Of a DNA stretch of 38,443 nt, positions 8,341-15,974 are shown piece after piece. This DNA is from Candidatus Woesearchaeota archaeon CG11_big_fil_rev_8_21_14_0_20_43_8 (GTDB taxonomy: Archaea > Nanobdellota > Nanobdellia > Woesearchaeales > CG08-08-20-14), in the NCBI GenBank assembly GCA_002762705.1, contig PCVE01000124.1, forward strand, positions 1 to 38,443, written 5' to 3'. The number at the start of each line of letters is the position of its first letter. Positions within the stretch are counted from its first letter, which is position 1. The notes under the pieces are model-generated. The model saw nothing but the letters and a program-made list of their open reading frames with translations. It was not told where the DNA came from and did no database searches. The position numbers and the translations under genes were made by a program.

Positions 8341-10725
8341 TCAAGGCAATGCTGCTGTCGCTTTGATTAAAGACCAAAGATCGGTGATGTCTTTCTTCCC
8401 AGCCAGACAGAAGTCATCATTGTTGTCAGTGCGCACAACAAAAGTCTTCGCGCCGAAATTCTGGTCGCAATTACAGAAAGATGCATAATCATTTTTCTTG
8501 TTACTATCGATCACAACAACACCATAATAATCCGGGCCGCCATTTACTTTAGATGCGACGAATTGATTGAGCTTTGAAGCGACCCAGCTGAATGCGAGAG
8601 ACCCATTATAGCATGCAGTCTGTATACCCATCGTTAATTTTCTTCGTTCGATGTCATATACCGCATTATACGATTCATCTATCAAGGCATACAGGCTATC
8701 AGCGAGCCGGTTGAACTCAGAATTTGGATTCGAGAGTACTGTCGATTCAGGATAATTCAAAGCGACGAAGACCACATTGAGTTTTTTCTTTGAAGAACCT
8801 GATGGCGAAATCACCATCTGTAACGGACCCTGTTCAGTCATATCATCGCACTGCACTGCGCTTGGGTATCCGCAGACTGTCCCTGAACCAGTTTTCTGCT
8901 GGTCGATCGCAAATTTGATGTCCTGATAATCTTCTAAAGAGCCATCAGACGCAGTCACCCTCATCACCGGACCTCCTTTGCAGCAATCTTTCTGCTCGAG
9001 CTCATAACCGCGGGCTTCATCGAACTTGGTGTTCACATTCCGTCCATCGATGCTGAATTCGACTTCGTCTTCATCCGGATCTATCGCCTGCAGGACATAA
9101 CGATAGATATAATCAGTTGACGGTGATTCCTTGAACACATCCTTAATCCACATGCTCCTTGTCTCGTGATATAGATCGCAACCATTCATAGTGGTGCCTG
9201 CTGCACCCGGGGTAGTGCCAGTTCCAGTGCCAGCCACGCCAGGACCGACACTTGGAGATGTAACTGCCATAGGAACATAACCAGTCGGCCAAGTGATCGG
9301 CGGACAAGGGTTCTTTGTGGCTTTAATAATGTCAGCATTGATATGCGTGCTTGTGTCTTTTGGCATGAAGATCACTGCGCGCTGCCTGCCGTCTTTATCT
9401 TCTCTGTGGAATTCGATTATGTTTCCATTCGTCGTTGTCCCAGAGATATGGAACTGAAGACCTGTGAAACTACTTCCACCTACAGGATCAAGCCATATCT
9501 GCTCGAACGCATCATCAGTCGTCGTCGATGCGACAATGCTTCCGTCTATCCCTTTTCCCCATTGCTTGCCATTCATTTCATCCAACTCAGAGACATAATA
9601 CAATGCAGGCGCTCGGTTCTGTCTCACGAAACGCCAGACATACGGCTTGTTTCCGACTGTGGATTTCTTGTCGACAACCTCGATGATATCATCGAAATAA
9701 TATCCAGCAATCTCGCCATCAGCATAAGGCTCTTCTCCTTCCAAATAGCGATCCTCGCCATCAGCGACGCTCACAGTGGCGCTATCCTTTCCGAGCAGAT
9801 AGCGTCCTGACGAATCGTCGTCATCCTGATTGAGATAAAGAGGCCCATCGATCGTGATATTGAAAGCAGGATCCATAGTCTCACGTTTTATCATCTCGAT
9901 GATTGCATCATATAATCTTTTTAGACGGACATTCACTTTGTATGTGAACTTATCGAAACGGACTTTATCATTCCCATCTGAAAATTCGACAGGATAATCC
10001 AAATACACACGGAAATCGTTCTTTGTCAGAAGCACAGAGACATTCATCGCAAGATCAGAGGTCACACCCATCTCTTTGATATCATATGTATGCGACAATT
10101 GCTTGTAATCGCCAAGACAGGCACCCATGTTGTTCATGATATATGCTTTCAGTTTCCCTTCGATCGAACCAGCGCCGTCTTTCTCATATAGATGAGGGAC
10201 GATGACACGGCCAAACACAGGAGAATCGAATGATAGTTCACCAAGAGTCAGTCCGCCACTGTTGTCAAGATCCTTGTATGGGAACTTCTTCCACGGATAG
10301 TCTGGCACATTTGGACATGACGAGAAATCATCTGTGCAGCCACCCATCATGCTTCTTGTGATCCAGTATGGAACCATGCATTCACTTTTTCCGCAGGAAT
10401 CATAATACACAAAATAGACCCCTTCATAATTATCAGTGAGATCATCATCTATCCCACCTTGTTCCTTATAGATATAACCGCCTTGTTTCCCGAACAGTTC
10501 AAGGGCCTTATCAGTCATGTCTTCGAAACATGATTGTATGAAAGACTGGATCATTGTCTTATCGATCGCGCTTTTCGCGGTCTCGACAGGTGTCACCGCA
10601 TCCTTCCCTTCAGTCTTGCCATGTGTAGAGACATAGATGAAGAAACCTATACCGAGCAGAAAAAAGACTCCGACTATGATGAAAAAAGTCATCTGGGCTT
10701 TTTTTCCTTGATGTTTCATATACAT
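8341..10725 (-). CDS. large (794 aa) N-terminally anchored extracellular protein, possibly with a pilin-like signal and a cadherin/He_PIG-like Ig domain
   Basis: The track start at 10743 is TTG; ATGs occur at 10725 and 10719. The N-terminus MYMKHQGKKAQMTFFIIVGVFFLLGIGFFIYV is a basic stretch followed by a hydrophobic helix. The stretch YRYVLQAIDPDEDEVEFSIDG...MRVTASDGSLEDYQDIKFAI resembles cadherin-like Ig repeats. A CC pair occurs in QKDCCKGG. Confidence 0.7.
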   Translation of the reverse strand: MYMKHQGKKAQMTFFIIVGVFFLLGIGFFIYVSTHGKTEGKDAVTPVETAKSAIDKTMIQSFIQSCFEDMTDKALELFGKQGGYIYKEQGGIDDDLTDNYEGVYFVYYDSCGKSECMVPYWITRSMMGGCTDDFSSCPNVPDYPWKKFPYKDLDNSGGLTLGELSFDSPVFGRVIVPHLYEKDGAGSIEGKLKAYIMNNMGACLGDYKQLSHTYDIKEMGVTSDLAMNVSVLLTKNDFRVYLDYPVEFSDGNDKVRFDKFTYKVNVRLKRLYDAIIEMIKRETMDPAFNITIDGPLYLNQDDDDSSGRYLLGKDSATVSVADGEDRYLEGEEPYADGEIAGYYFDDIIEVVDKKSTVGNKPYVWRFVRQNRAPALYYVSELDEMNGKQWGKGIDGSIVASTTTDDAFEQIWLDPVGGSSFTGLQFHISGTTTNGNIIEFHREDKDGRQRAVIFMPKDTSTHINADIIKATKNPCPPITWPTGYVPMAVTSPSVGPGVAGTGTGTTPGAAGTTMNGCDLYHETRSMWIKDVFKESPSTDYIYRYVLQAIDPDEDEVEFSIDGRNVNTKFDEARGYELEQKDCCKGGPVMRVTASDGSLEDYQDIKFAIDQQKTGSGTVCGYPSAVQCDDMTEQGPLQMVISPSGSSKKKLNVVFVALNYPESTVLSNPNSEFNRLADSLYALIDESYNAVYDIERRKLTMGIQTACYNGSLAFSWVASKLNQFVASKVNGGPDYYGVVVIDSNKKNDYASFCNCDQNFGAKTFVVRTDNNDDFCLAGKKDITDLWSLIKATAALP

Positions 10726-10741
10726 ATCTTCTTTTGAAAGC

Positions 10742-10755
10742 AATATTTAAATATT
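10742..10755. promoter_or_regulatory. perfectly palindromic TATA element in a divergent promoter
   Basis: AATATTTAAATATT equals its own reverse complement. It lies 17-30 nt from the ATG at 10725 (minus strand) and 22-35 nt from the ATG at 10777 (plus strand), which is consistent with two near-leaderless divergent transcripts. Confidence 0.45.
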
Positions 10756-10776
10756 TACCTAGATACACTTATAAGC

Positions 10777-11175
10777 ATGAACCAAAAGATCACGATAATC
10801 AAGATAAGGAAACCGATCCACAAAGACATCAATGAGAAACTGCAATGGTTCGGAAATTCTGTAGGTCTCTTCAATCTCCGGGACAAGGATAAATCGTGCT
10901 TCAGGATATTCATTGTCCTCATCAAAGCAGGCAGAGGCAAGCGAGGCGTATCAAGCGATGATATCGCGATCGATCTAAACCTGTCAAGGGGCACTGTCAT
11001 ACATCACATCAATAAACTGATGGATGCAGGTATCGTTGTATATGAAGACGGCAAATATTTTCTTAGAGTCAACAATCTGGAGAATCTTATAGAAGAGATA
11101 GAGAAGGATCTTAGAAGAACACTTGATGATCTTAAGAGCATCGCAAAAGATATAGATGATAACTTGGGCATATAG
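10777..11175 (+). CDS. winged helix-turn-helix transcriptional regulator (ArsR/TrmB-like)
   Basis: 132-aa ORF. VSSDDIAIDLNLSRGTVIHHINKLMDAGIVVYEDGKYFL matches an HTH plus wing pattern and is followed by a C-terminal coiled-coil-like tail. Confidence 0.65.
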   Translation: MNQKITIIKIRKPIHKDINEKLQWFGNSVGLFNLRDKDKSCFRIFIVLIKAGRGKRGVSSDDIAIDLNLSRGTVIHHINKLMDAGIVVYEDGKYFLRVNNLENLIEEIEKDLRRTLDDLKSIAKDIDDNLGI

Positions 11176-11180
11176 AAAGT

Positions 11181-11455
11181 GGACAGACACGCCTGCAGAT
11201 GGACAGCAGTCCTGAATGATGGCTACCTTGAACTCTTCTCAATCCCGCTACCCCGAAGACACCAACATCATATGTTATAGCTGCTTTCTTCCGAACCTGA
11301 CTAATTCCATAAAACATCGGCCCAATGGGACAGGATATCATCGGCCAGACCAAGACCAGTCACGCAAGGCGACTGCCTCTCCACAGACTTCGACTCCGCC
11401 GTATAGTCCGGTTGCGGTTACAAGAGGGGACTAGCCACCCAGTCTAAGTCTGTCC
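11181..11455 (-). ncRNA. signal recognition particle RNA (archaeal 7S / SRP RNA)
   Basis: The minus-strand RNA begins GGACAGAC and ends GUCUGUCC, so the termini can pair. It contains the Alu-domain-like stretch CCCCUCUUGUAACCGCAACCGGACUAUACGGCGGAGUCGAAG. It also has the helix-8 signature AGUCAGGUUCGGAAGAAAGCAGC (compare the universal GUCAGGUCCGGAAGGAAGCAGC). A TATA box lies ~29 nt upstream. Confidence 0.85.
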
Positions 11456-11478
11456 AAGAGGGTAGAAATCAATGTAGG

Positions 11479-11488
11479 CTTTTAAAAC
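11479..11488 (-). promoter_or_regulatory. TATA box for the SRP RNA
   Basis: Minus-strand GTTTTAAAAG is centred ~29 nt upstream of the proposed SRP RNA 5' end at 11455. Confidence 0.5.
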
Positions 11489-11571
11489 TTATGGTTAAAA
11501 CAGGCTTTCTTGGCACATACTAGATAAAAAATATAAATCCGATAGGACATCTAGCATTGCAGGTGATACTC

Positions 11572-11754
11572 ATGGCATTGAAAGAATGCAATTTCTGTGA
11601 TAATGAAGTTCCAGTAAATGGACAATGCAACAACTGCGGATTTGTGGATGGGATGAATAGGGAACCCGTCGATGATGAGTTAAAGAGAGCAAGAGAAGTG
11701 AATTCTGAGCATGATTATGAGCAGTTCCGAAATATCGACAGTTTGTTGCTCTGA
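11572..11754 (+). CDS. small zinc-ribbon protein (60 aa), function unknown
   Basis: The track start at 11557 is TTG. The ATG at 11572 is preceded by AGGTGA with 5-nt spacing and by aaaaaatataaat TATA-like sequence ~35 nt upstream. CNFC-x10-CNNC forms a four-Cys ribbon. Confidence 0.45.
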   Translation: MALKECNFCDNEVPVNGQCNNCGFVDGMNREPVDDELKRAREVNSEHDYEQFRNIDSLLL

Positions 11755-11952
11755 ATGATTCTCACTAAGAAGTAATCACGTAATATTTTATACTCCCAAG
11801 AACATAATCCTTTCTGTTGGGGGGTGTAAGTTAATGTACCTGAATGGTGCGACTGATCTGAGACAGTTAGGCACTTTGCTTGACGCACATGTAGAAAGCA
11901 TCAAGAGAAAGACTGATTGTTTCATGAAAGACCTAAAGAAACGAAGATAATT

Positions 11953-13719
11953 TTATATTATCTCGAAATCGACGCATATCCGATATACATGTGGAGCATG
12001 CTGTCCGCATTTGACTGTATTTAGGATTCTGTATTCCATCTTGTTATTTTCACAAGCCTTCCTGATTTTTTCATGCGCATCTGAGAAATTGTCTTCTGCC
12101 AAGAAATCATAGAAATGTATGATTGTCCCTTTCTTTGCAGCAAGCAGCGCAGAATCAAGGAAATCTTCAGCTGACTTTGGGAGTGGCATCAAAATACGAT
12201 CGAACTTCCTGACTGTGCGCCCTAAAGCCTCATAACTCCTAAGCATCTCTATCAGATGCATCTCATCTTTATCAGTCACTTCAGTGACACCAAGGTTGAC
12301 ATATGGCAAGACACGGGAAAAATCGACAAATCCTTTTCCAATCTCACATGAATGCGCCTTATAATCATGATCATTCAGATGAAAATAAGTATTGAAATGC
12401 AGGCGTACCTCTTTTATGTGCTTCTCCACCTTGGCATTGTCCTGATATGTGATGAACAGATGACATATATCTATACACATATTTTTGATGCCTGCTTTCT
12501 TTCCGATCCGTATGATCTCATCCGCCTTTCCAAATATCCCTTTTGTCGTGTTCTCAAAATAAAAATAATCGAAATACTCTGAGATTTTCTTCAGGTTCTT
12601 GACAAGGACTTCTTCTTCTTCTGCGATGCCGATATACTGCGATGGATGAACGACAGCTTTTATATGATACTTCTTGCATAATCTTCCAAGCGTCCTTAGC
12701 ATGGCAAGCTCTGGACCGACATCTCTTTGTGCAAGGGTATACCTGACACCGCCATGTGAGAAAGGCATATGGAGCACCACATCGATGCCTTTTGATTGCA
12801 ATCCCACAATTGTCGCTTCAAGTCGCTCTGATCCCAAAGAAAGATCATCCTCATGCAGATGAAGTTCCATTATGACCAGATGCTCTTTTAGTCTTTCATC
12901 AAGCTGTTTCTCATCATCAGATGATTTCAATCCGACGATATGATGGAAGATATTAGGCACAATCTCTTTCACATCTCCATTGATGAGGATGACATTATGG
13001 AGCCTGTTCAATCTCACATTCTCCATGCCATACATATGCCCGGCTGGATTGAGCTCTATCCCAAAGACAGACCTTGCCTTTGTGTTCTTTGAGATCACAC
13101 ATGGATAAGGAGCGCATCCAGAGAACATGACAAGGACGTCTTCCATCGGAGCTATCTCCATCATGATCCTTTTCCTCTCAGTGCTGAGCCTTGGAGAAAA
13201 ATATACATCTTCGACATTAAGCTTCAGTGTCACGCCATTCTCTTTATGGAAAGTCTCTTTCCGATCTTCACCTGCTAGATGCACCATATTCTGCGTCCGG
13301 AATGTACCACCATGTATGCCGCCTTTCTTCAGCACCACTTTCAGGTTCTTATGAAGATCAAGAAGCGTCTCTGCTATCAGCGTCTCTTTTTCTTTCAGCT
13401 CATCATCAATCTCGATGATCGCTATATCGCCCACCTGATCGAACGCAGTCTTCAATTGCGCCATCTCTTCTTCTGTCAATATGCAGCTCAATCGCTCCTG
13501 TAGGCCGGCAGGTGGATCACGGCATGGAAGATCCCGATCCACAAATTCGACAAAATTGAACTCCTCTTTGATCCTGTCCTTGACATCAGGAGATATGATT
13601 GCCATATAGATATAAGACCCATCTTTATCAGCGAAGAATCTATTGTCATGGAATGAATTCTTGATGATGAATTGCTTCACTTCGTTCGCTGATTTCAATG
13701 GTATCTTCGCCGCTTGCAT
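11953..13719 (-). CDS. Trm5/Taw2 (Met-10+) family tRNA methyltransferase carrying a nested TIM-barrel domain
   Basis: The N-terminal and core regions match archaeal Trm5: VGDIAIIEI, GGTFRTQNMVHLAGE, HKENGVTLKLNVEDVYFSPRLSTERKRI, and SAM motifs VLVMFSGCAPYP and GIELNP. The C-terminal region also matches: FDRILMPLPKSAEDFLDSAL...GTIIHFYDF. About 245 aa are inserted between the two halves. The GTG at 13728 is the track start; the ATG at 13719 is preceded by GGTGA with 5-nt spacing. Confidence 0.8.
   Translation of the reverse strand: MQAAKIPLKSANEVKQFIIKNSFHDNRFFADKDGSYIYMAIISPDVKDRIKEEFNFVEFVDRDLPCRDPPAGLQERLSCILTEEEMAQLKTAFDQVGDIAIIEIDDELKEKETLIAETLLDLHKNLKVVLKKGGIHGGTFRTQNMVHLAGEDRKETFHKENGVTLKLNVEDVYFSPRLSTERKRIMMEIAPMEDVLVMFSGCAPYPCVISKNTKARSVFGIELNPAGHMYGMENVRLNRLHNVILINGDVKEIVPNIFHHIVGLKSSDDEKQLDERLKEHLVIMELHLHEDDLSLGSERLEATIVGLQSKGIDVVLHMPFSHGGVRYTLAQRDVGPELAMLRTLGRLCKKYHIKAVVHPSQYIGIAEEEEVLVKNLKKISEYFDYFYFENTTKGIFGKADEIIRIGKKAGIKNMCIDICHLFITYQDNAKVEKHIKEVRLHFNTYFHLNDHDYKAHSCEIGKGFVDFSRVLPYVNLGVTEVTDKDEMHLIEMLRSYEALGRTVRKFDRILMPLPKSAEDFLDSALLAAKKGTIIHFYDFLAEDNFSDAHEKIRKACENNKMEYRILNTVKCGQHAPHVYRICVDFEII
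12211..12948 (-). other. inserted xylose-isomerase-like / AP-endonuclease-2-like TIM-barrel domain within the methyltransferase ORF
   Basis: Approximately residues 261-506 of the track ORF. The motifs are MELHLHEDD, VVLHMPFSHGG, KAVVHPSQ, FYFENT, CIDICHLF and FHLNDHDYKAHSCEIGKGFVDFSRVL. The last resembles the EndoIV/xylose-isomerase-fold pattern hLnD...H..iG.G.idf. Boundaries are approximate. Confidence 0.6.
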
Positions 13720-13728
13720 AATATTCAC

Positions 13729-14760
13729 CTAAAAATCAAAAAGTGATTTCTGTTTTTGGTTATTCTTGTATTCATCAAGACTCTTCAGTGTGGTCTCTAC
13801 CCTATCCACGGAGAAATCATGATTCTCGCAAAGTATCTCTTTTATCTTATCAAGATCCGGATTTTTCCATGAAAGTGCATAATCATCTGAGACTTTCATC
13901 TTCAGAAACACATCCATGACATCAGTATAAGGATAGTCAAAATGCTCTTCCCATTTCTGATCTGAAAAAAGTGTATCAAAATCATGTCCATGCTGTTTCA
14001 CTAGCTTGATAGCGTTCTTTGGTCCGATTCCGGGTATCCCGCCGATATCAAAATCAGTCCCGACAAGCACGCCGACCGCGACAAGCTGTTCTCTTGTGAT
14101 CATATTCTTGGTCAATACTTCGTCAAGTTCGATCATCTGGGGATGAAATGATTCATATGAAAGACTGCTCTTGACTTTACGTCTCTCGCTGATTGTCAGA
14201 TTCTGCACCATGCGCGGGACACCAAACAAAAGATTATCATAATCCTGCGAGATGCACCCATACACTTCACCTTTTCTTACTATATGCGCAGCCTGGGCCT
14301 CTCCTTCAGAAGGTGCTTCGATACATGGAAGTCCAAGTGCCTTGACGAGCGCTTTCGCTTCATCTATCATATCCTTTGTCAGCTTGGAAGTCCTGGCAGC
14401 GTATTTACGCATGCCATCGATATCTTCACTCTTCTCCGCTGCCTTGAATCTTGAATGCGCATCATCCTTAAGTCTCGCTCTCCTTTCTCTTTCCTTTTTC
14501 TTCAAAACAGGTGGTTCTCCATCAAAGACAAATGCTAGTCTTATCCCATTCTGCATCAATCTGGTAGTTCGTGCGAAAAGACCGGTCAGATGAGATGTCA
14601 CATTGCCTTTTGAATCAGTGAGAAGCGATCCATCCCTTTGCCTTATCGTCGAAAGGAACTGATAAAGTATATTGAATGCATCGACAGTGAAGGCTTTCCC
14701 AGACAGATCACCAAGCATGATCTCGTTCTTGACGACAATGTCTTTTATGTTCACTCCCAT
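13729..14760 (-). CDS. fen: flap endonuclease 1
   Basis: MGVNIKDIV...AFTVDAFNILYQFL...GNVTSHL...AFVFDGEPP are XPG-N/XPG-I motifs. An H3TH region is present (GTDFDIGGIPGIGPKNA). The C-terminus carries a PIP box, QKSLFDF. The track N-terminus (14871) was trimmed to the ATG at 14760, which gives the canonical MG start. Confidence 0.95.
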   Translation of the reverse strand: MGVNIKDIVVKNEIMLGDLSGKAFTVDAFNILYQFLSTIRQRDGSLLTDSKGNVTSHLTGLFARTTRLMQNGIRLAFVFDGEPPVLKKKERERRARLKDDAHSRFKAAEKSEDIDGMRKYAARTSKLTKDMIDEAKALVKALGLPCIEAPSEGEAQAAHIVRKGEVYGCISQDYDNLLFGVPRMVQNLTISERRKVKSSLSYESFHPQMIELDEVLTKNMITREQLVAVGVLVGTDFDIGGIPGIGPKNAIKLVKQHGHDFDTLFSDQKWEEHFDYPYTDVMDVFLKMKVSDDYALSWKNPDLDKIKEILCENHDFSVDRVETTLKSLDEYKNNQKQKSLFDF

Positions 14761-14841
14761 TTTTATACACCATAGAGCATCTTGGATGCAATATAAATTT
14801 TTGGATAAATATTTATATAGTCTCTTATCACGACAAGCAAT
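14761..14841. promoter_or_regulatory. divergent promoter region between FEN1 and TatD
   Basis: 81-bp AT-rich gap. One TATA-like element, aatataaattt (14790-14800), faces FEN1. Another, aaatatttatatag (14807-14820), sits ~25 nt before the TatD ATG. Confidence 0.45.
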
Positions 14842-15630
14842 ATGACTATCATGGTTGATGTGCACGCACATCTGGACTATCCTTTATTTGAAGAGGATCT
14901 GGATGAAGTGATAAAAAGAGCAAAAGAAGCTGGAGTAAAAGCAATCATCCAGAATGGGATAAATCCAAAGACAAACAGGAAGACGCTAGAGCTTGCAGAA
15001 CGATATGACATCATCAAACCAGCGCTTGGACTTTATCCGATAGATGCGCTCCAAGCAGAAGTCGCCGATGCGACATATGATATCGACTGCACTCCGTTCG
15101 ATGTCGACGAAGAGATCAGATTCATCGAAAAGCAAAAAGACCAGATAATCGCTATCGGAGAAGTCGGCCTTGATTACAATTGGATCAAAGACAGATGTGA
15201 TGAACAGAAAGACACTTTCTCAAAGATAATCAGGCTTGCAGAGAAGATAAAAAAACCGATCATTGTCCATTCACGAAAAGCAGAGATAGATATCTTAGAC
15301 ATGCTTGAGTCTTCAAGACTGAAAAAAGTCGTCTTGCATTGTTTCTGCGGCAGATCAAGCCTGGTGAAGCGAGCAGTTGATGATGGATATAGCTTTTCGA
15401 TACCAGCAAATATAGTAAGAGATATGCATTTCCAGAAGATCGCTGCCGAGATACCTACCAATCAGATATTGACTGAGACCGACGCGCCATTCCTGAGCCC
15501 TTTTCGCGGAAAACGAAATGAACCGGCATTCATAAGTGAATCATTGAAGAAGATATCTGAACTCCGCGGCCTCACAGTAGAAGAGACGAGCAATCTGATA
15601 TATCTCAATTATCAAAGAATGTTTCTATGA
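14842..15630 (+). CDS. tatD: TatD-family metal-dependent hydrolase (DNase)
   Basis: The VDVHAHLDYP HxH motif, IGEVGLDY, PIIVHSR, VLHCF and ILTETDAPFL are typical TatD/amidohydrolase signatures. An alternative ATG lies at 14851. Confidence 0.9.
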   Translation: MTIMVDVHAHLDYPLFEEDLDEVIKRAKEAGVKAIIQNGINPKTNRKTLELAERYDIIKPALGLYPIDALQAEVADATYDIDCTPFDVDEEIRFIEKQKDQIIAIGEVGLDYNWIKDRCDEQKDTFSKIIRLAEKIKKPIIVHSRKAEIDILDMLESSRLKKVVLHCFCGRSSLVKRAVDDGYSFSIPANIVRDMHFQKIAAEIPTNQILTETDAPFLSPFRGKRNEPAFISESLKKISELRGLTVEETSNLIYLNYQRMFL

Positions 15631-15692
15631 ATGTCCCTAAAGACGATAATCCAATAAAGAATTAGAAAAAAATAAAGAAAGAAAATCAGGAA

Positions 15693-15854
15693 TTACTTCC
15701 TTTTTTTCTTGACAGCTTTCTTCTTGGTTGCTTTTTTCTTAACTACTTTCTTTTTGGCAACCTTTTTCTTGACAGCTTTCTTTTTGACAGCCTTTTTCTT
15801 GACAGCCTTTTTCTTAACAACTTTTTTCTTAACAGCTTTTTTCTTTGCAGCCAT
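15693..15854 (-). CDS. 53-aa lysine-rich repeat protein, candidate histone-H1/HC2-like nucleic-acid-binding protein
   Basis: MAAKKKAVKKKVVKKKAVKKKAVKKKAVKKKVAKKKVVKKKATKKKAVKKKRK. The ATG at 15854 is preceded by a strong GAGGTGA with 6-nt spacing. The longer track N-terminus has no such signal. Confidence 0.55.
   Translation of the reverse strand: MAAKKKAVKKKVVKKKAVKKKAVKKKAVKKKVAKKKVVKKKATKKKAVKKKRK
15696..15851. repeat. about 10 tandem 15-nt coding repeats (unit encodes A/V-V-K-K-K)
   Basis: On the plus strand, ctttttcttgacagc-type units recur with 15-nt periodicity and small variations. Confidence 0.8.
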
Positions 15855-15974
15855 AAATTTCACCTCTTTTGTCCGTTTTGGCGTAGTGTGAAACACTACT
15901 TAATCCTATCAATATACTTCATGATATTTAAACGTTTCTAAAAAAATAAATGTTTATTGTATTTTTAACTCTTG

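Noticed and set aside
11132-11434. ORFs 11132-11353 (minus strand) and 11216-11434 (plus strand).
   Set aside because: They overlap a region that folds and reads as an SRP RNA (helix-8 motif, paired termini, TATA box). Their translations have no motifs.
11834-11950. An unlisted 38-aa plus-strand ORF (MYLNGATDLRQLGTLLDAHVESIKRKTDCFMKDLKKRR) preceded by GGGGGTG.
   Set aside because: It is plausible, given the Shine-Dalgarno-like sequence 8 nt upstream. It is too short, and lacks any motif, to support a call without conservation or expression data.
12211-12948. The insertion in the Trm5-like ORF as an intein or a mis-assembled gene fusion.
   Set aside because: There is no Cys/Ser at the N-terminal junction, no TxxH block and no C-terminal His-Asn plus nucleophile. 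The frame is continuous, and the insert has TIM-barrel metal-site motifs instead. Mis-assembly cannot be excluded without reads.
15709-15891. A plus-strand 60-aa ORF encoding FFLTAFFL hydrophobic repeats, opposite the lysine-rich ORF.
   Set aside because: It begins with TTG and has no Shine-Dalgarno site. The minus-strand reading has a strong GAGGTGA plus an ATG. Only one strand is likely to be coding, and the signals favour the lysine-rich frame, though this still needs expression data.
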